Shown here: one piece after another, positions 58,216-64,000 of the stretch
Position numbering within the stretch: position 1 is the stretch's first letter
How the letters are laid out: the number at the start of each line of letters is the position of its first letter
From: a virus
Length of the DNA: 64,000 nucleotides
Strand: one strand, 5' to 3'
IMG/VR virus record: IMGVR_UViG_3300037083_000054
Span: 1-64,000 of that record
Notes under the pieces: model-generated
Told to the model about the DNA's origin: nothing
The model's database searches: none
What the model saw: only the letters and a program-made list of their open reading frames with translations
Translations under genes and position numbers: made by a program

Positions 58216-59904
58216 ATGCATGAAATGGATCTGGCCTCGAACCCGTATCTGTCTGGAATCAAAGTGCTCCAACGGAATTCCGATGGCGGAAACGATTGGG
58301 TCGCACCAAATTCGGGTCGATATCCGGTTTCGCACGTCACTACGTTTATGAATCAATACACCTCTCTCGCCCATGTTTACAGGGATTATGATGAAAGTTT
58401 GATCGATAGTCGTGAAAATGCCCGCTTCATGATGTTAAATTTGGGCATAAGGGAATGCCTCGACTCGAGGCGTCGTAGTGTCGCCCTTCTCAATTACCAC
58501 ATTGCTCCTGAAGACGACAAATCACCGCATCAAATCGAGTTTTGCCAACTCCTCGAAAAAGTCGTGAACAGGATCAAGAATTTTCAACAATATCGCGAGA
58601 GCATGCAGTTCGGAATTTGGTTCGGAAAACAAGGTTGCTGGCATCGCTTTTTGCCGCAAGTGTTTAATGGGAAAAGCATTTATGTGCCAAAAGGCCTCCA
58701 TCCAGACGACAATGGTTGGCGACCGCTTCATGGCGACAAGATTGTGTTTCGTCAATCGCGTCCTCTTATGGTCCCCGGTGCGTATGAAGGACAAATGGGG
58801 GTCCGTGTTGGATGGCTAGGCCATCAGCCTGGACAGGTTGTTAACCAACGATGGCGACTCGAAGCGACCGATTACGGTCTTGCCTATTTCCTTAATCCTG
58901 CCGAACGTCGATTGATGCTCATACATAAGCATCACCCATATGATGCCTCATTCGAAGACGGCTTACGAGCCGGGTCAATTCATGGCCTCGGAATTCGTTC
59001 GATTGTTTATTGGGAGTGGAAGCAAGCGACAGAAATTCAAGCGTTTCTTGTGGAATATCTTGAACGAATGGCGGGCGGCATTCAGATTTGGAAGTATCCA
59101 ATGGGGAATCGCCAAGCCGAAGCGAAAGCTCGGGAGGCGGCTGAGAACTATAACAGCGGACACGAACACATCATGCTTGTCCCAGTGCCCATCGGTGAAG
59201 CGGGCAATCAGTATGGTGTCGATGTCGTCGAGCCTGGATTCCAAGGCATTGAGACGATCCAGCACTTGATCAAGGATTACTTCAACGATCGCGTCAAGCG
59301 GTACATCTTGGGCCAGAAACTGAGTTCCGAAGCCGAAGCAACGGGCATGGGTTCCGGCGTCGCCGAGCTGCATATGGACACGCTGTTGCAGATCATCAAG
59401 AGCGATGCGACGGCCCATGAAGAAACGCTGACCGACGAATTGCTCGGGGCGATTATCAAGGTCAATGTCGACAAAAAGGTCTGGCATGATCCGGGATTCC
59501 GACCGCGATTCGTGTGCGAGACGGAAGAATCGGACATTGACAAGAAGTCGGAAGTCGTCTTGGCGTTCATGGGGCAGGGGATTAAGTTCCGCCTGCCTGA
59601 TATTTACGATTTGGTAGGGATGGCTCAGCCAGGACCGGACGACGAAGTCAATCCTGATGCTCCGCAGGGAGCGAAACCGGGTGAAGCGGGCTTGCCAAAA
59701 CCCGATGCGAAAACGAAAGAATCGGGTGATCCAAAGTCGCCTTCCGAGCGTTCTGAAAGCATAAAGGACGGCGAGGACTCGACCGCTCGTGACGATAATG
59801 CGGCGAATAACGGACATGCCGCGTCGCATATCCAAAGGTATAGTCGTCGGTTGCCGTTCTCCGTTCCGTCTGGTTGGAAACGACGACCGAAAACAGGGAA
59901 ATAA
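58216..59904 (+). CDS. Portal protein (DUF935/Mu gp29-like)
   Basis: GLGIRSIVYW.W...FLVEYLER, YILGQKLSSEAE..G.GSGVAELH..T. Confidence 0.8.
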   Translation: MHEMDLASNPYLSGIKVLQRNSDGGNDWVAPNSGRYPVSHVTTFMNQYTSLAHVYRDYDESLIDSRENARFMMLNLGIRECLDSRRRSVALLNYHIAPEDDKSPHQIEFCQLLEKVVNRIKNFQQYRESMQFGIWFGKQGCWHRFLPQVFNGKSIYVPKGLHPDDNGWRPLHGDKIVFRQSRPLMVPGAYEGQMGVRVGWLGHQPGQVVNQRWRLEATDYGLAYFLNPAERRLMLIHKHHPYDASFEDGLRAGSIHGLGIRSIVYWEWKQATEIQAFLVEYLERMAGGIQIWKYPMGNRQAEAKAREAAENYNSGHEHIMLVPVPIGEAGNQYGVDVVEPGFQGIETIQHLIKDYFNDRVKRYILGQKLSSEAEATGMGSGVAELHMDTLLQIIKSDATAHEETLTDELLGAIIKVNVDKKVWHDPGFRPRFVCETEESDIDKKSEVVLAFMGQGIKFRLPDIYDLVGMAQPGPDDEVNPDAPQGAKPGEAGLPKPDAKTKESGDPKSPSERSESIKDGEDSTARDDNAANNGHAASHIQRYSRRLPFSVPSGWKRRPKTGK

Positions 59905-59906
59905 TC

Positions 59907-60377
59907 ATGGATTTGATCGACCGCATTAGCCGAGCTAAATCAAACGACGATGTCGATCGCTATTCATTTGAGGAATCGAAACATCCTCGCGGCGACGGCG
60001 GAAAGTGGTCTGGAGTCGATCATGCCGCAAAAGCGGTCGAACACTCCAAGTCGGCAATGGATCGTCCGGCGAACTCAAAAGGCGACCCGAAGATTGTTGC
60101 GGGCTGGGCACACGAAGCGTCTGAGGATGCTCACGAGGCCACAAAATCGGCCACAGATGCCAAGTCCCATGAGAAAGCGGCAGCGGCTCACAAGTCAGCC
60201 GCGAGACTCCATGCTTCGAACGCCAAGTTTCATTATTACCATACAAATCCGATGTTGCATGAGGCTGCCGAAGATCACGAGAAGGCGGCTGACATCCATA
60301 GGACACTTCAGCAAAAGCACTCGGAAATGGCTGGCGGTCCGAAGATGGACAAGTTCGCAAACCGGACACTTTCATAG
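59907..60377 (+). CDS. His/Ala-rich head-associated protein with DRYS and KHPR..GKW motifs
   Basis: MDLIDRI..DVDRYSFEESKHPRGDGGKW; follows portal. Confidence 0.65.
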   Translation: MDLIDRISRAKSNDDVDRYSFEESKHPRGDGGKWSGVDHAAKAVEHSKSAMDRPANSKGDPKIVAGWAHEASEDAHEATKSATDAKSHEKAAAAHKSAARLHASNAKFHYYHTNPMLHEAAEDHEKAADIHRTLQQKHSEMAGGPKMDKFANRTLS

Positions 60378-60396
60378 TCGATAAGGAATGTGAATC

Positions 60397-60918
60397 ATGG
60401 AACTGACAGACCGCATCAATCAAGCTCGATCGCAGTACGAAGTCGATCGCTATTCCTTCAACCCTGATCAGAAGCGGGACGAATCCGGGAAATGGTCAAA
60501 ATCCGAAGATGAATCGAACAGCGATTATCACAAAGCTCGCGACGAGGCAACTGAAGCCACTCGTGTATCTCATGTGCAGACGAAGGACGCCGTTACCTAT
60601 GCTCCGTGGCGATTCACAACCAAAGTTCTGTCGCCATCTATGCAAGAGGCTCTCGAAAAGCAGCGGTCAAACAAACCTGCCTATGAGTTTTCCTCGAACG
60701 CAATTGAAATGGCAAAGCGTGGTTATCACGGAATCGCGAGCGAGTTTCATCAAGCCGCCGCAGAAGACCATCAAAAAGCGATTGATGAACATCCTTGGGG
60801 CCGCGAGAAAGAACGCCATCATCTTGCGAAAAATGGCCATCTCGAAGCGTCCGAACTTCATCTCAAAGCACACGCCTTGCAGAAAAAGCGTGCGGCGGAC
60901 GATCGGCCTTCCGAGTAA
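60397..60918 (+). CDS. His/Ala-rich head-associated protein, paralog of 59907
   Basis: MELTDRI..EVDRYSFNPDQKRDESGKW; AAGGA RBS. Confidence 0.65.
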   Translation: MELTDRINQARSQYEVDRYSFNPDQKRDESGKWSKSEDESNSDYHKARDEATEATRVSHVQTKDAVTYAPWRFTTKVLSPSMQEALEKQRSNKPAYEFSSNAIEMAKRGYHGIASEFHQAAAEDHQKAIDEHPWGREKERHHLAKNGHLEASELHLKAHALQKKRAADDRPSE

Positions 60919-60944
60919 TAAATTTCGCCTGATTGGTATGTCTG

Positions 60945-60965
60945 GAAAATAACACGCTTATTTAT
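60945..60965. promoter_or_regulatory. Degenerate palindromic operator copy 5
   Basis: GAAAATAAC-ACG-CTTATTTAT. Confidence 0.55.
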
Positions 60966-60987
60966 TTCGTTCAGGAATTTACGGCAA

Positions 60988-62773
60988 ATGAGCACAATCC
61001 GAGAGCGAATTCGTGGTGCGGTTGACTTGTATTCTTTTAATACAAACGAGAAGCGTGATGCTGATGGAAGATGGGCTTCCAGCGGCGATGCTCATTCGGA
61101 AGCCGAGCGAGCGAATTCCGTGTTCAGGAAGCATGAGCAACCGACCGCTTCTGCGTCCGTTGACGAGGATGGTTCGTACAAGGTCGAGCATCCCACGCAT
61201 GGGGAATTGACTTCGAACGAGATTGATAACCTGCATTCCGCCGCATCGGATGTCGATCGAGCCAACAAAGTGCTCTCGAAGCACGGCCATGAACCTCTGG
61301 CGACAATCGGCGACGACATGCAGACAACGCACGATCCTGACAACCTCGAAGATGCGAGCGATGAGGTCAAGCGAGCCAATAAGGTCTTCGAAAAGCACGG
61401 ACTGCCGGATCGAGCGAATCTGGAAAATGTGAGTGGTATGTTCGGCGATTACAACTCGTCAGTGGACGCCGACGAACTTGAGCAAGCCGACGCGGATCAC
61501 GAGAAGGTCAAGAGGATCTTCGAAAAGCACGGGATTGACCCAAAGCATTCCAGCATCACAAACGCGAACGGTTCGTGGGAGTCAAAACACAATCTCGACG
61601 ATATTGAGTCCCTGCATCAGGACATTTCGCGGGCCAACAAACGATTGGAAGCGATTGGGTTGAAACCGAATCTGAAGATGGCGATTCAGTTGGGGGAAGC
61701 TTACTCGCCGCATGATCTGGATGAAATCAATGACGCGATCGACGTTCTGAAGAAGTTCCGAGACAAGGAACGATATTCACGCCGCGAGGATCTATCGTCG
61801 ATTGTGCGGGCCAAATACGTTCTGCGGGATTTCGCGATTGACCGCTATGCCGAAGGTCACTGGATTACAGTTGAGCCATCTGGGACGCATATTGAGCTTG
61901 ATGGCAAAGGAAACGTTCTCAAAGGTCCGAACATCAATAAAAGTCCACACGGAACGCTTCCGCCTCCTGCTAAACCAAAAGTTAAGACTCCTATTCAAGA
62001 TCCAATGTTGCGAGGAACAACGCCGCTTCCGCCTCCTGCTAATAAGAAATTGCCGCCAGTTCCCGGACAAGAACCGCCATCCGCTCCATCATGGTTCAAA
62101 GGCGGCAAGAAAAGCGAAGTTTCCGCTCCCGGAAGCATGACTCATCGTTTGCGATCGGCAATGGAAAATCATGTTCACTCAGTTGTCCAGCCGAAGAAGG
62201 ATGAACACTTTGCGGAACATGCCCCCGAAGAAAAGGCAGCCTCCCAAATGACTCCCGATGAGCATCTCCGCAAAACCGTGGAAGACATCAAAAAGCGACT
62301 TGCCGCAAGCGTGAAGCAAGCGGTTGCCTCGCCATCAGCCGAGAAGCCCAAGCCGAAAAAGCTGACGGCCCAGATTGATCCGGAAACGACGAAAGCGGCC
62401 TTTGCTCCGAAAGCCAAACCGGAAAAGAAACCGGAGATGCCGAAACCGCAGTCGGTCGCTCCTGCCGCTCCAACTCCGCATACCGATTTCTCGCAAGATC
62501 GACTCGCTGTCAATCGAGCGAAATCAACAGGCGATACAGAACAAGCGAAACAACTTCAGTCCGTCTTGACGAACAAAATCGCAGCGGCAATGGGAATCGT
62601 TCAGACGTCAGCGAGTGCCATCAATGACTTTGAAGCACGGCTGCGGAATGGGGTCGCGAACTACGCGAAACGCAAGTCAGCGGTTGGCCAATTGGATCTG
62701 TTTTCCGGCGAGACTCGATCATCATCCAAAACACAATCGCACTTGGATTGGGACGAGAGTAAGCATCATCGGG
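60988..62773 (+). pseudogene. Large multidomain head-associated protein, interrupted by Tn-C
   Basis: VDLYSFN..KRDADGRW, internal repeats, ERYS, DRYA-EGHWITV, cut at WDESKHHRG where the TIR starts. Confidence 0.7.
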
Positions 62774-62847
62774 GGCTTTGCCCATTTAATGGCACTTGCC
62801 CGAATAATGAAAGGTCTGCCCGTTTAATCGGTGCATGAAAAATTATC

Positions 62848-63183
62848 ATGGCCATGAAGCCTGAAGAACTATTCAATTTAGCCGTCACAGACAAGTTTCC
62901 CGACTATTTCCATCCAGGGCAAGGCGATTTGGTGCCAGACGATCTTCTGTCGGCCATGATTGTCCGCTGTGGCGCTCCAGATCTGGGCGGAAAAACGAAC
63001 AGTGCGCTTGAGGGTGGTGGGCTGGTGATCGATTACATTCCAAAAGGAATGCTTGGCGTCAAGCGGCTTGTGCTGAGTTTAAATGATTTGGGAATCAATG
63101 TTGTTATGTGTGATCACCTTCCAGAAGATAATGAGACCATTGTGGATTCAGTTCCACTAAATACCGCCGAACAGCATTCTTGA
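62848..63183 (+). CDS. Tn-C cargo, hypothetical protein
   Basis: ORF directly inside TIR. Confidence 0.5.
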   Translation: MAMKPEELFNLAVTDKFPDYFHPGQGDLVPDDLLSAMIVRCGAPDLGGKTNSALEGGGLVIDYIPKGMLGVKRLVLSLNDLGINVVMCDHLPEDNETIVDSVPLNTAEQHS

Positions 63184-63721
63184 CGTGCGTCAGTTCATGA
63201 ATGTGGAAAGCCTGCTCGATTGGCGTTCCTTCGTGGTGATATCTCCATTTGGAGAATACTTCTGAGCAGTCGTTCAAAATCTGATCAATTGTCGCTTTCT
63301 GTTTTGGTTGTGTTGTATCTGAACAAAACTGAATGCGAACAAGATCTTTTGAACTATTCTCTTCATATAAAGCAGCAATCTTCTTCTGGCTGTTGGCTGT
63401 CATTTTCTGAAACAATTCGTTCAGTGGGTGTATTCGCTTGATAGATGTGTTTTCGCATTTGAGAACGGACTTGAAATACAACTCAACACAGAAAGCTGTT
63501 GCGACAACGAATGCTTTTAGAGTGGGAAGCCGTGTTTCAACTGTTGATCTTGGGTTTTTCTGATGTTCAACCCTCGCTGCTTCGAGACGATTCAGCGAGT
63601 CAGCGGCGAGAACCTCAGACGAATAGTCCCAATTGACCGCATTGGCAAATAACCCAATTCCAGTGTCGTATGGTTCTGTGTCGAGGGCCACATGGTAAAT
63701 CGTCATATTCGTTGAATCCAT
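63104..63721 (-). CDS. Tn-C cargo, HEPN-like protein
   Basis: AFCVELYFKSVL, HPLNELF, FSKWRYHHE. Confidence 0.65.
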   Translation of the reverse strand: MDSTNMTIYHVALDTEPYDTGIGLFANAVNWDYSSEVLAADSLNRLEAARVEHQKNPRSTVETRLPTLKAFVVATAFCVELYFKSVLKCENTSIKRIHPLNELFQKMTANSQKKIAALYEENSSKDLVRIQFCSDTTQPKQKATIDQILNDCSEVFSKWRYHHEGTPIEQAFHIHELTHVKNAVRRYLVELNPQWSHYLLEGDHT

Positions 63722-63805
63722 AATTCGCGCGAACCATGTCCGATGTCATGACGTCTTAAGAATATCATGATTCAACATTTGACTCTCTTCGCCCCCACGC
63801 TCTAA

Positions 63806-63997
63806 TCACGACTTCTTTCGTGATTGCTCACGCCGAGCTTCTTCCAGCAGAATTTCCCTGGCCCAGGTAGATGTGTGACCATCTGCCGCCGCGTCGAGAA
63901 CTGTTCGCTCCTCTTTCGTGAGGCGAATACGCAGTTCTGCACTCTTGCGTGCCGCATCGGATTTGAAGGGCCGTCCCCGTTCTCGTTTGGTTTCCAT
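63806..63997 (-). CDS. Ribbon-helix-helix-like regulator
   Basis: RGRPFK..LRIRLTKEERTVLDAAA...STWAREILL; homolog of 50645 and 52552. Confidence 0.8.
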   Translation of the reverse strand: METKRERGRPFKSDAARKSAELRIRLTKEERTVLDAAADGHTSTWAREILLEEARREQSRKKS

Positions 63998-64000
63998 ATT

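Larger units (their letters stand above)
62774..64000. mobile_element. Tn-C: left part of a third SWIM-DDE-family transposon (runs off window)
   Basis: End GGCTTTGCCCATTTAATGGCACTTGCCCGAATAAT matches the Tn-B right end at 32 of 35 positions; RHH regulator in the equivalent position. Confidence 0.8.

Noticed and set aside
58975-59835. 286-aa minus-strand ORF
   Set aside because: Antisense shadow of the portal gene.
62774-62838. Native C-terminus of the 616-aa ORF
   Set aside because: These codons are read-through into the Tn-C terminus.

Overview
This 64-kb window is part of a large tailed-phage or prophage genome, probably infecting a planctomycete (planctomycete-type RimI and IS4 transposase). 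It holds a DNA metabolism/recombination block (RimI, DUF3310, ThyX, RecE-like nuclease, SSB, SF2 helicase, endonuclease) and a membrane/lipoprotein/papain-like peptidase block. It also holds virion fibre and LamG genes, an ECF sigma factor, dispersed packaging genes (small-terminase-like, intein-containing large terminase, DUF935-type portal), head-associated proteins sharing a (D/E)RYS motif, and a cluster of three tRNA-like genes. A 21-bp palindromic operator occurs five times. Four cargo-carrying transposons are inserted. Tn-A (28301-32708) has 20-bp TIRs and a 9-bp target duplication. Tn-B (47878-51783) is nested in and replaces the middle of the transposase of an IS4-type composite (47785-56730, 19-bp TIRs), which itself truncates tRNA-Leu. 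Tn-C starts at 62774 and runs off the window. The main candidate novelty is a control module shared by transposases of two different families: a structured ~120-nt leader with an RBS-sequestering hairpin, a likely antisense RNA and a divergent small regulator with operator repeats. A second conserved four-hairpin element sits between cargo genes, and the cargo looks defence-like (HEPN-like, superinfection immunity, P63C). All calls were made by eye; no database searches were run.
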